DNA of 64,000 bases from Oikopleura dioica (taxonomy: Eukaryota > Animalia > Chordata), in assembly GCA_907165135.1 (NCBI GenBank), contig OU015567.1, forward strand, positions 12,834,001 through 12,898,000, in the 5' to 3' direction. The position numbers were made by a program, and so were the translations under genes. The notes below the pieces were generated by a model. The model worked only from the letters and a program-made list of their open reading frames with translations, did not search any database and had not been told where the DNA came from. Shown in pieces: positions 25,888 to 37,900 of the stretch. The first letter of the stretch is position 1. The number at the start of each line of letters is the position of its first letter.

Positions 25888-26810
25888 ATGTTCAGATCGC
25901 GCCAAAAGAAAAGCTCAAAAGAGAACAACAAGAAGGAAGCTATCCCGTCTCATCTCTGCGGAACCCCCCTTTCTTCCGTGAAAGCACCCGAAGGCTACTA
26001 TGACGACAACCCAGCATTTGACGCTCTACGCCAGCAAGGAATCGCGCTGAAGAATGGAATGTTCGGAAACCACGAAAAGTTCGATTTCCCCATCGGAATG
26101 CGGCCGGTACCAGAAGTTTCTGGGCATCCGAAGGACAGGTTAAGATTTCATGTAATTTATTTTCTGACTGGTATTTTTCAGGCAGTACAAGGTCGTCCCC
26201 GAAAGACAAGAAATGAATATGCAGCAGCAAAATATGATGTATCCCACTCATACACCCGATGGTTTTCTCATTCCTCCAGATATTGACGTCCATCCAGACG
26301 GAGCCCCAATCCCTAAAAAGCCGAGTGGAAGGTTTGAATTAATTTCACATCCATTTTATGTTATTTTTTATTAAAGAGCTCCACCGACACACGAAGAAAT
26401 GATAATCAACCTGACAGCGGAAAAAGACGCTTTAGAAGAAAAACTGTTGCAGGAGCGAAAGGATTGGCGAGCGGAGCAGAAACGTCTCAAGAATAAAATC
26501 TCGGTGTTGGAAAAACTGTCCACTGATTTCAAGGGAAGTGATGAGGGCCTTGGGAAGGTTGTTCGTGAGCTGCAAGCTCATGGTAAGATTTTTTTGCAGT
26601 AGCTTCGGTTTAAGAATTGATTCTAGCAGTGCAGGTTGAGAAAGAGCGAGACGCAGCACAGCGAAAAGTCCGTCATCTGGAGAAAGTCATGGAAAAGATC
26701 GTCAACGACTCAAGCAGACAATCAGCAGCTGCATTGAAACTCGCCGATAGCCAAGAAAAGATGCGCGGTAAAATCCTGTCTTCATTAGATTTCTACCAAC
26801 AGATTCCTGA
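25888..26810 (+). CDS. Orphan protein with Pro-rich N-half and coiled-coil C-half
   Basis: AAAATG start at 25888. Four short introns join coding-like frames (...LTAEKDALEEKLLQERKDWRAEQKRLKNKISVLEKL...). Stop TGA at 26808-26810. Confidence 0.55.
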
Positions 26811-26947
26811 CAAATAAGAGTCTTTGAATAAACGATACTCATTTAATCATCCTTGTGTTCTTTTCCTCCTTGTCTCCTTGAAGGTGGGTTTCTAGAAGGC
26901 CAGCTTGTTTTCACTTCCACGGAGAAAAATCTTCATTGTGAGAGAAA

Positions 26948-29900
26948 ATGACATTTTGGCTGCCATGTTTTGCAGTCTTTGCCCTTATCGGCCTTGCTGC
27001 AGCCCTGCACAATCATGTGCAGAAGAAAACCTTTCAGCTGGCAAGAAAACAGAGGCAGACTCTACTATTGCCTGGAGAAGCGTGCTCTGATAATCATCAG
27101 ACATTCATGATTTCGGTAAACTTTTTTTTAATTTATTCTTTTAACAACGATTGCAGATGAGAATCATCGATTTACCAAAGACGACATCATCCCCGTACGA
27201 CTTTTACATTCGCCTGAACGGAACGAAAGCCAACAGTGCGTTGATTTGTTTCCGTGATTATGAAAAATTGCTCTCCGGCGAGAATCAAGTCAACTTGATT
27301 TTTGCGCTCCACGAGTATATCGGCCATCTACGCGATGTCGATATAGCCGTGGACAATGCCGACTTTGAATCTGGGCAAATGATCGGCCAACTTACTCAGG
27401 AAGGGGAATGAATTTTGATTTTTAACGACAGAAAAATGGAAAATCAAGCCTTGAAAAGATCGAAATCCGCGATGGAATCGACTTCGCTTGGGGAGATTTC
27501 GCGGTAACGAAAGATTTCGGGCCATGGTTCCTTTACATTCGTGAGAAGCCGCTCAATCTTGAGCTGACGAATCTGGTGTATGAGAAGACTCTTCTCAACT
27601 TTTACTTCCCCACGGTACTTTTTTCGACAATTTCTTTGTCGAATAATGCGAATTGGGATCCGATTGACATCAAAAATATGCTCGTGGCGAAGATTGAAGA
27701 AGTTTTTACCGCATTTATGATAATAACCATGTTCATTTTTCTCCGGGATCCGACTTGGTGGTCGGCTTTTCACAAGGCCGATCAAACTACCCTCAATGTA
27801 AGCTATTCTCTTCTATGTTTTCTGAAAAGCAAGTTTAGCTTCACGGTGGCGCTGGAATGTATCCCTTCATGTGGACAATCGTTGGAATCACCACCGCCAT
27901 CACAACCCTAATCGGCATCATTCTCCGAAAGCTCCACGCGAAGCCGAATTCGGGGAAAATTGAGCCCGAGATGATTTCTCTCCCTCATGAAAAGTGGATC
28001 GAGATGGACTGGCGGGAGCAAAGCTTGTTTCTGCGAAGCTTGCTCTCTCGAAAAGAGCATTCAGGCACACGAACTCTTGTGAATCGTCAATTGCAGCAGG
28101 AGAAAATAGTCACAAACTGTCCTCCTGGCGAATTTCATAAAGCAACTGCTGCTAATATTCGGTAAAAAATTCAAATTTCTAAGAAAAATCGAATATTTTT
28201 AGCTCTCGAATGACGAATCTGCCTCAGGAGCTCGCCGCAGCTGATACAGAAAACTCCAATTTTTTCATTACAAAAATGACGACAATGAAGCCTTCTTATG
28301 TCGGAACTCTTCACAAAATTTCCAAGGATCTTCTCAAGCCGACAGGAACAAGATACATTCGTCGAGAAGTCTACCGCCTCGAGAATAAGATCGTCGACAA
28401 CATCAGCTTATCAGAGTGTTATTCTCGAGAGCGATCGTTGATCCAGCGAGTTAGAAAGTCTTTTGAAGATGAGGATTGTCCAGATTCAATTTTGTACGAA
28501 AACATCGGAGATCGCCAAAAACCGACAACGACGCGGGGCATCCCTCTTCCTCCAACGCCCGAGCCAGAAGAAGAGTTAGCAGAAGGGATTCCAAGACATG
28601 TCGACAGAGAATTCTCCGAATATTCAGTTGAATCACAAAAACTCCAGAGCCAAATTATGACGAAAGCATAAACAGTGAATTTTCAATTTTCAAAAAGCCG
28701 CGAAGAAAAGTAAAAGACAAAGACAATCCCTTCCCATGGCTACGAGAAAATGCAGAAGCACAAAAAGAAGCAGCAATCAGAGAAGAAAATAAAGCAAAGA
28801 AGAAAACTGATCGAGGAAAATCTCCAGCTCGGCGATTATTTTTGGGCGACGCGTATCCAAAACCAAGCTCGGGAAAATTTAGAACAAGCATGGAGACGTT
28901 TGCAAATGAGTTTCCTCCTTTACCAGATTCATCAGGCAAAGTTCGAATTTCTTTAGCGATTTCCTCGTTGGTATAAATCGAGAACTTATATAAGATGAAG
29001 AGTTCTCAACAGATGACGAAATTATAAGAAAAAGCCGACCAATGATGGATATTGGCATTGACTACGGTAATTTTTATATCTATAGTAGGGTCGGACACAA
29101 AAAATTTTTTGAAAGCCGCAAAAGGGAAATATATATGTATCGAAAGAGCAGAAGCTGGCGATTCGAATGATATATGTCTCGATGCCGTGAGACTTGGGAA
29201 TATTTTTAAATAATTTTTAAAGTTTCAAAAAACGTGATAATTATACGGGATTCAAGAATTTCAACTTTTGTTCTAGGCGTGCTATGATTACGATCGATAG
29301 CTTTTCTTGAAGCTCAGTAATCACTGAATTCATCGACGTGATATTTTGGAACCAGCTGGTCATTCTGGTGGTTCGTCGCGGTTCAAACCTTTGGATGGAT
29401 TGAGATCCGGCAATATATATATCAAAATGCATATTTTTTGATAAGAAGAAGTTCCAACAGATTTTCAAACGAAACCACTTCGTTGACCGACCGGTTCACA
29501 GCGGTTCAAAACGGTTCACGCTCCGAGTATTCACAAAATATTGAAATATGTATATCAAAATGCTTCTCTACTTAAAAGGAGTTTTTCAAACTGATTTTAG
29601 AAAAGAACCACTTGGCTAACCGCCCGGTTCACAGTGGTTCAAAGCGGTTCACGGTCTGAATACTCACAAAATATTAAAATATGTATATCAAAATGCCTAT
29701 CTACTCAAGAGGACTCTTTAAAACTCATTTTTGAACAGAACCACTTGGCTTACCGCCCGGTTCACAGCGGTTCAGAGCGGTTCACGGTCTGAATATTCAC
29801 AGAATATTGAAAGATGTATATTAAAATGCTTTTCTACTCAAGAGGAGTCTTTTAAACTGATTTACGAACCAAAGCACTTGGCTAACCGCCCGGTTCAGAG

Positions 29901-31271
29901 CGGTTCAGAGTGGTTCACGTTCTTAGTATTCACAAAATGCTGAAATATAAATATCAAAATGTATCTCTTAGTCTTTTTAACAGATATTCGAACCAAACTA
30001 CTTGGCTAAATGACTGGTTCGTCTTGGTTCAAGTGGTTCTGTTCGAAAATCAGTTTGAAAGACTCCTTTTTAGTAGAGAAGCATTTTGATATACATATTT
30101 CAATATTTTGTGAATACTGAGCGTGAACCGTTATGAACCGCTGTGAACCAGTCGGTCAACGAAGTGGTTTTGTTTGAAAATCTGTTGGAACTTCTTCTTA
30201 TCAAAAATATGCATTTTGATATACATATTGCCGGATCTCAATCCATCCAAAGGTTTGGACCGCGACGAACCACCAGAATGACCAGCTGGTTCCAAAAATA
30301 TCACGTCGATGAATTCAGTGATTACTTACTTGTAGCTTCAAGAAAAGCTATCGATCGTAATCATAGCACGCCTAGAACAAAAGTTCAAATTCTTGAATTC
30401 TCGTATCTGGTAGTTTCAGTCAACTTCGAGGCGCTAGAAAATCTCAGAGGATACCCAGATCATTTATTTTTCCAGTTATGAGAAGAAAGCGCTTTGAAAG
30501 CTCCAATAGAAGCCATTGACCATGTTTCTAGCACCTATAAACCAGAAATAATTCTTGGAGATTCCTTTTAAAAACGTGAAATTTTCCATATTAGTCCTGT
30601 TCGGACATTAGAAAAAAAATTTTTAAAAAATATTCCCAATAGCTATGCATATAATTTTTATTGAGGATAAAAGCCAAGTGTCTGTTACATATAAACACCC
30701 ATTATTGAGATTGCGGCTTTTAGATTTTTTGAGATAAGGCTGTTTTAATATAGCTATTTAAAGAAAATATATGTCACTTGAAAAGTAAAAGGCGTCGCAA
30801 CTGTCCTTATTTTTCATTTCTGCCTCTGAAATTTGTCTCGCATATATTTTGAACCCTTTACTGCAAATAACAAAGAGAAAATAGTTCATCAGCATTCATT
30901 ATATATTGAATTCGATTTTTTAAAGCTTTTTAACCAAAAAATAGCCATTTTTAGGGCTTTTTAGCCTCTCTAATCCCACGTTCACCACCAATGGTGCAAA
31001 ATTTTTGTGGGTGGGGTTTTTGACCATGCTGAATTCGGTACTGATGAGAAAAAAGGATTTGAGAACTTTTTTCTGTGTCCGACCCTAATCTATAGAATTA
31101 TATCTAGTGCAGAACTCTTTGAGAGTCTCATGATAACTCAAAATGTTTAGATAAATATCTGCAAGGAAAAGACGACGACATGGAAACTTTCTTGAACGAG
31201 CAAGAGTTCTTCGTAAGTATTCATCTCATATTCCATACTTACAGAAACATAGGATACCGCTGAAGAAATAA
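26948..31271 (+). CDS. Orphan type I single-pass membrane protein; 3' exons beyond 28665 are inferred
   Basis: Signal peptide MTFWLPCFAVFALIGLAAA, TM segment WTIVGITTAITTLIGIIL followed by RK, and a cytoplasmic tail containing LYENI. Extension through GC-AG introns (near 28666 and 28940) and across the hAT-filled intron 29067-31123 to KHRIPLKK* (TAA 31269-31271). Confidence 0.55.
29246..30403. mobile_element. Foldback-type element (1158 bp) with about 350-bp TIRs and TA target duplication (Tc1/mariner-like), nested in the hAT element
   Basis: 29246-about 29600 is the reverse complement of about 30045-30403. TA flanks at 29244-29245 and 30404-30405. Confidence 0.8.
29492..30020. repeat. Tandem repeat, 133-bp unit, about 4 copies
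   Basis: Units starting CGGTTCA(C/G)AG at 29492, 29625, 29758 and 29891, exactly 133 bp apart. Confidence 0.9.
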
Positions 31272-31276
31272 AAAAT

Positions 31277-31898
31277 ATGCAGAGCGACACTCTCGCACCA
31301 TCCGCTGGAATCATGGGAAAAAGCTTTCATCCAACAGCTGATGACATTTTGAACCCTCTTCTGGATGATTTCAAGCAGCGCACGCAGCAAAACAATACCT
31401 GCGCTTCTATATCTGCATCAATTATCTGTAAGTACTTAACTCTATACTTGGCATTGATGATGCTTTTTATCACTAGATATTTGCATCACCTCCTTGTTGA
31501 TTTTGTACATGATCTACGGTCTACGAACGTTCTGGGCGGATGAAAACTACTCTGGATTTTTGATGACTTCTTGGTTCGTCCAACTCCTTTTCTCCGTCTT
31601 CATCTCTTCTTATTTCATCGCGAAGATCGAGTTCGACCAGTACATCAGAAACCTGGAAGACCTCTACGAAGACCTCGAGTACGACCGCTCCATGGACTAC
31701 CGAGAAAACGACGAACAAAGGCCGAAGTCGAAGGCAAGTCCAGAACCGGAATCGGAGGCGGAAAGAATTCCAACTCCAGAAATATCGAAGAACGATCGTA
31801 CCAACATTCTCGGAGAGTACGTCGACTACGAACAAGAGGCGAAGAAGGACATGAGCAAGTACGAGATCCTTGCCAAGCTTGAGAAATATGCCGAATAA
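31277..31898 (+). CDS. Orphan two-TM protein with acidic C-terminal tail (start may be 31313)
   Basis: Exon 1 ends at a GTAAGT donor near 31428. Exon 2 from about 31478 encodes two hydrophobic segments and DLYEDLEYD... to TAA at 31898. Confidence 0.6.
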
Positions 31899-32206
31899 TT
31901 CATAAACCCTTTTTATTTTTATACTGCCTTTATCAACAATATATTTTCCACAATAAATTTTTGATATTTTCAACTCGTGAAATGAAAAGCGTTTATCATT
32001 TTCTGTTAATTTTAAATTCAATTGTGAACTTCGAACAAAGGAGGGATGACTTTGGTCAGTCTCTCAGACTGAAACTCGGAAAAACTATCCGAACTCTTCT
32101 TGCATTTTTCTAGATGGTTTTTTCTTTTACGCTGCCCAGATGAATCTCGATCATTTCACCGAGCTAACTGATTCAAGTTGAATCATTCAACGAGAGACTG
32201 GATGAT

Positions 32207-32920
32207 TTTCGAAAAATGTTTTCAGGCCAAAAATCACTTTTTAACTGTTAGTGCCATCTTCACCGCCGTCTCAAACCGAGTCGAACGGTATATGTATCGC
32301 TTGAAAATTCTAGAGTTTCGGGTACTTCCGGTCAGATTTACGAAATTCTAGTATTCCACTGCCGTTTTTGATACAGAAATGGTACTATGGCATATAGCAT
32401 GTCAAAATGACCGCTAGGACGTGAGGAGTGCAGGGGTCTAAAAATAAGTACTTTTGCAAAGAAAAGTACCTAAAAATAATTATTTTGTGATTTTTAGCAC
32501 TAAAAATATCAAATTTCACGGAATTTTCGATATAAATGTAGTTTTCTTTGTAGATTTGTTTATAAGAGATAAAACTTGATTATCCATCTGCTTTCTGCCC
32601 GAAAAATTAATAATTGATATTTTTAGTGCTAAAAATCACAAAATAATTATTTTTAGGTACTTTTCTTTGCAAAAATACTTATTTTTGAGACCCCTGCACT
32701 CCTCACGTCTTAGCGGTCATTTTGACATGCTATATGCCATAGTACCATTTCTGTATCAAAAACGGCAGTGGAATACTAGAATTTCGTAAATCTGACCGGA
32801 AGTACCCGAAACTCTAGAATTTTCAAGCGATACATATACCGTTCGACTCGGTTTGAGACGGCGGTGAAGATGGCACTAACAGTTAAAAAGTGATTTTTGG
32901 CCTGAAAACATTTTTCGAAA
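32207..32920. mobile_element. Long palindromic element (about 306-bp arms, about 100-bp spacer)
   Basis: 32207-32512 versus 32614-32920, about 3 differences. TTTTCGAAA occurs at both ends and could be a 9-bp TSD or simply part of the palindrome. Confidence 0.8.
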
Positions 32921-33011
32921 CTTATCCTGCTTTCATAGAGAACGGCTCCAACTCAACTAAAAATTGCTGTACAAAAGTGTTCAAGGTTTTCATCGAAATT
33001 TTATAGAGAAA

Positions 33012-34702
33012 ATGTCCGATAAACCATCCCGCATGGTTCATTGTCCTCCAGGCACAATTCTTCCGAAAGAGCTTGAGGAGACCAAGAAAGTGGTAGCGAA
33101 ACTGGCCGAGTTTGAGGGTGGCAGCCTCGAACTGGTCGAATTCGAAGTCCCGGAAGGAATGAATGTCCCTGGGCCAGCAACCCCTGGCTTCCGTCCGTTA
33201 CTGCTCAGTGCAGGAAACGGTACACCGCGAAATATCTCGGTGATTTTCTACAGCGACCACCAGCCACCAGCCAATGTTGCTCAAACGGTTAAGTCTCAAA
33301 CTGATGCATTTGTGGACGTGATGTTCGATTCCAGCTACATTACGATCAGCGAGTCCAACCCTCATCTCATCAAGTTCATAGCCAGGACCGAGCCTTGCTT
33401 CATCGACGTAAGTCATTTCATTTCTCGCCCATTTTCCAGTAATTCTTCAGGACAAAGACAGCCATCTTCCAATCGTCGGCTTCATTCGAGCAGTCTCGGA
33501 TCAATTCGCCAAACAAGCTGGAGTAAGTCCACAAAAAATAACAAATAGTAAATTTGAGTGGTCGCCTCTCGCCCAGATCGCCTCTCGCCCAAGTCGCCTC
33601 CTGCCCAGATCGCCTCTTGCCCAACTTGGGCGGGAGGCGATCTTGGGCGAGAGGCGATATGAGATTATTTTCAATGTAAACTAAGAAGGACTAATTCAAG
33701 TTGGGCGAGAGGCGATCTTAGGAAGAAGGCTTGGAGCACTCCTAAACTCCATTTAGACTTCCCTATCATGACCGCTCAGCAAGTACCTATCGTCGACGAC
33801 GATTCGTCGTAAAGCCTGAACCATCTTTTTATAAACTCATTTGAAAGAAATGTTTCGCTAGATGAGCTGGTACAGTCAGAAAATTTTGGAACTTATCACG
33901 CTTGAGGTAGCCGGTTGAGGTAGCAGGGTAAGTGATACATAAAAATGATAGTGGCGTAAAGGTCATCATGTGCAGCTTAGTTCCACGATGAAGCTGTTTT
34001 CATGTATCGCATCCCCTGCTACTTCAACCGACGCTCAGTGTCCAAAGTTTGGTACTTATGGAACTTCAGTAGCGTGCTCGGCATGTCATCAGCATCTTTT
34101 CTCCACAGTTACAGCTCACCCTATGAACATTTCAATCTTTCCAAAGATAGACTGCCTGAGATTATAGCGGCGAAAAGTACCTGCCGGGTTAATGACATGA
34201 CAGGGAATTCTAAATCGGGTCATTTCGAAGTGGTCGTCTCCTTCCGAGGATCGCCTCTCGCCCAAGTCATTGATATTTTGCATTTAAAATATTTTCACAT
34301 CGGCTCTCGCCCAAGATCGCCTCTCGCCCAGGTCGCCTTTTGCCCAACTTGGGCGGGAGGCGATCTTGGGCGAGAGGCGATCTGGGCAAGAGGCGATCTG
34401 GGCGAGAGGCGACCACTCAGTAAATTTGATTCCAGCGCAACATCGATCTTTGGCGAGACAAGCCCTGCAAACTCAATTTCTTCGAAAAAATCAAGGTGCA
34501 AAACGAGTGGGAAGATTCTGCTCTCGACTGGCTTGTTCCTAAATGCCAGAAGGTCGGCTTTCACTGCGAGGCACACAAGTTGAACAAGAAAGTCGAGTTC
34601 ATCACCATGCAGGTCAGATTACCAGTTTCGACTGAAAATATTAAGGAACTTTAGTCCGAGGATGGCGTACGGGAAGGAATTGTCCGTGTCTTGAATGCAT
34701 AG
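33012..34702 (+). CDS. Orphan globular protein, 4 exons
   Basis: MSDKPSRMVHCPPG...EPCFID | DKDSHLPIVGFIRAVSDQFAKQAG | (intron 33523-34435) RNIDLWRDKPCKLNFFEKIKVQNEWEDSALDWLVPKC...ITMQ | SEDGVREGIVRVLNA*. All introns GT-AG, phase 0. Confidence 0.65.
33556..34418. mobile_element. Non-autonomous Mutator-like (MULE) element, 863 bp, intronic
   Basis: TIR GAGTGGTCGCCTCTCGCCCAGATCGCCTCT. Perfect 9-bp TSD AGTAAATTT (33547-33555, 34419-34427). Subterminal 15-16 bp repeats ATCGCCTCTCGCCCA. Confidence 0.85.
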
Positions 34703-34960
34703 GAAAATACTCGTTCTTTTAGGCTCCTTACTTGCTCTGTCCTGTTTTATTGAAAACTTTTCAACTGCCAAATTGTCATTTAATGTTCGCCCGATCTTAG
34801 AGATAATAAAATTTATTGGAAAACTAGACTATCGACTTCCTGCTCGAACACTTTCAGTTGTATTCAATTTTGATTATTTTATTGGTGAAGTGAAAAGCAT
34901 TTATTTTCGATTGCAACTGTACAAGTGAGTGTTTTTATATTAAAGTTTTTGTCCATAGTT

Positions 34961-37900
34961 TTATACAGCTATTCCAGGATTGGACTCTTCCTCGACCTCC
35001 TCGATTTTGATTTGTTCCTCGGCGTCCGTGGAGTCTTTACAACTCAAGTCGAGGGGAGATGTTGTCGAGCCATTAATTTTTCCGCTGAGCGCCTTCTTGA
35101 GAGTTTCGAGGTTCGCTTGTTGGGTGTTCATTGCGGAGAGCATTGACAGCAGATTCAGGTTTGACATCAGAGGGTTTTGGCTAGAATTGACGGTTAGAGG
35201 AGGCTTTGGAATGCTTACTCTTACCTAAACATGCTCAACAAGCCCGAAGCTTGCAGGAGATTCGCGGAAGAAGAGGTTGGCTGAGATGATGATCCTTCCG
35301 ATCCAGGAGAATCAGTCTGTCGAGAGGGGCAGTAGTTTTGCTTGTGGGCGGCGAAATGCTTTCGGGAATCGAAGCCGATTTTGCATTCGTGGCAGGGGAA
35401 AGCTTTTTGGGTGTATTCGCGGTTGGCTTCTTCTTCCTGCAGGCGAACTTTGCTTTGTTCCTTCAGCTGAAATTACAGTTTTAAAATATTGAAAGAACAC
35501 TAATGTTTCCTTATGAATGGAGAAAATTGATTTATTGCATAAAAACCATAATCGATTAATTTATACTGTAAATATATATTATTTTATGTCAAGCTCAATC
35601 GACAACCCCATAATACTCTCGACACTATTTGAAGTTTTATCCACGAAATAATTTAATTTTCTTAATTAATAACTTTCATGGTATAATTACTGCCAATTAC
35701 CTTATTTACCAACTTTAGCTCTTCCCTCTCGCGCTGTTTCTGCGCTCTGGCCTCTTGAATCGCTTCTACGTTTGCATGTCGCGACTCGCAGTAATTCTCC
35801 TTGTGAACTTTGAAAACCTCGAGTTTCTTGAAAGTAATGTTGCATTTTTCGCAGAACAACTCGGCCTGCTCGCGCTCCGGTGACATCGATTCGCCGTCAA
35901 GTTTCTGCCGCTTGGATGGGGGCGAGTCCTGAACAATGCAAATTCAGTATAAGTTCTATCCGCTGTCGATAAGCGCGGCGATTTGAGCTCGGCCCGGGTA
36001 ACTGTGATAAAGGTGAATCTTGGCGGATTTCTGGCCCGGCAGGTCTTTATCGCGAATTGATAACACCTGGCGAAGGGTCAGCGCTGGTCTTTCTTCGCCA
36101 TCGGACTACCTGACTAACTTATCAGATTTGCTGGAGAATATCGACTCAGGCAGGGATCCGAGATTTTGTCGTCTGGACGATCGCCCACTTTTCAGGCGCG
36201 ATTTGAGTTATCGCGCAGGAGCAAAAATTCTGATCGCGCGCTCAAATGCGCAGCGTTTAGGCGCGATGGCAAAAACTCGCTCTCTCGGTGATGGGCCGAT
36301 GAATTTCGATCGCGCAGCCCTATCAGGCCGACAAAAATACTCGCGCGCTCAAATGCGCAGCGTTCAAGCGCGATGGTATGAAATCGCTCTCTCGGCGAGG
36401 GGGCGATGATTTTCGATCGCGCAGCCCTATGACGCCAATAAATAATACCGCGATTTCATTCGGACTGACTGCAAGCGGTTGAGGGCGCTCGGGCGCATGG
36501 CCCAGGGAAATTTCGCTTTCGGACTTTTCGAACTCTCGCTTTGGGCGGAAAGTGGCTCCAGCGTCCGATAATGAGAGTGCAGTCACTCAAAATGAAATCG
36601 CGGTACTCAAAAGGGTCGAAAATCTGCCGAGCGGGAGTGCGACGGTGGCGCTTGGTTTCAATTTTGCCGACGTAGTCGGCGCACGAATCAAATGATCAGC
36701 GTGAGATTGCTGACTTAGTTGACCGATTTTTTGAAAATTCAATTTTTGGATGTCACATTGTTAACACTTAAATTCGACTAAGTTGTCCATCTCCTTATAA
36801 GAGATCCGACAAACAAAATGTAAATTTGTACTGACCTCCCGCAACGTTGCCTACAAATAAGTCGTGCTAATCGCTGACAGTGACGCTTTGCACCGGAAAT
36901 ATCCGTAAAATCTGACTATTTTCAAAAGAAAAATTTTTACAGTTATTGGATTCTGATGTTAAGCCAATTTATGACTGAAGAATACCTTTTATTGGTTTTT
37001 GAACATGCAGATTTCGAAAATTTCATAAAAATTATATTGAATATATCGAAATCTCCTTATAAATGCTTTTTCTTCTTCAAATTTTGGCTAAACATCACGG
37101 GCCATCGATTAATCGTGTGGCTTACTCCAAAATGACAGTGTTTTATCGAGTATCAAGGGGTCCCCCATGTTGAAATTTTCATGGGCGAAAATATCATGTC
37201 GCGCGCAGCCAGGGTGGCCGAAAATAAGTTATCGCGCTCTCGGGCCCACCGCGATGAATAATCATCGCTCCTGAAGCGCGAGGGCGCAGGGAAACCATCG
37301 GCATATTTTTGAATAATCCAGCCCGCCGATGGGAATTTTTCGCGCTGCGCGCCTAGCAGCGAAAATGATTATCGCGCGCGGAAGAAAAGCGCTAGGTGCG
37401 CGATCGTCCAGACGACAAAATCTCGGATCCCTGGACTCAGGTGTATCTATATCGCCCATGTCACCAAATCGGTGGGACGTATCTAACGATAGGGGCTTGT
37501 CCCAGGTGGAAAAAATATAATCTACCGGATTTCGACATTGATGGTTTCCGAAAAAAAACTCCGAAACATGATCCATTTGGAAATTTCTGCCGGATAAGTT
37601 TAGCTAGAACTGACAATTATCACTCGAAATGTTGGCAAAGGTGTGATAATACGAGGAGTAGCACCACACTTCGCAGAGGGATATCAGCCCCGGTTGATAA
37701 GCTCAGATAATTTCAAAAAAATTCTTTCGGGCCCGGAAATCATGAAAAAACTGCTAGTGTAGGATTGTAGAGCTCGTCGAGACGAGTCGATTGATACCTC
37801 TAACTCTTGAAAATTCCAAGATTTTCCGCCTACGCAACTGATAAGAAGGTTGCTCAAACAAAATCGTAATTCCACTGCCGTTTTTGTTCTAGAGTAGCTA

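Larger units (their letters stand above)
29086..31087. mobile_element. Non-autonomous hAT-type element (2002 bp) carrying a nested insertion
   Basis: 14-bp TIR TAGGGTCGGACACA. Perfect 8-bp TSD ATCTATAG (29078-29085, 31088-31095). Confidence 0.9.

Noticed and set aside
29492-30020. CRISPR-like periodicity (also the 15-16 bp repeats at 33556-34418)
   Set aside because: Whole units are repeated with no unique spacers, the context is eukaryotic, and there are no cas genes.
29241-30481. Similar ORFs 29241-29468 (-) and 30143-30481 (+)
   Set aside because: They are mirror translations of the two TIR arms, not genes.
34002-34583. 193-aa ORF
   Set aside because: It runs through the MULE TIR repeats, and the real downstream exon (34436 onward) is in a different frame.
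36020-37710. ORFs of 87-129 aa over the hAT element
   Set aside because: GC-rich subterminal repeats lack stops; no BED finger, DDE or hAT dimerisation motif.
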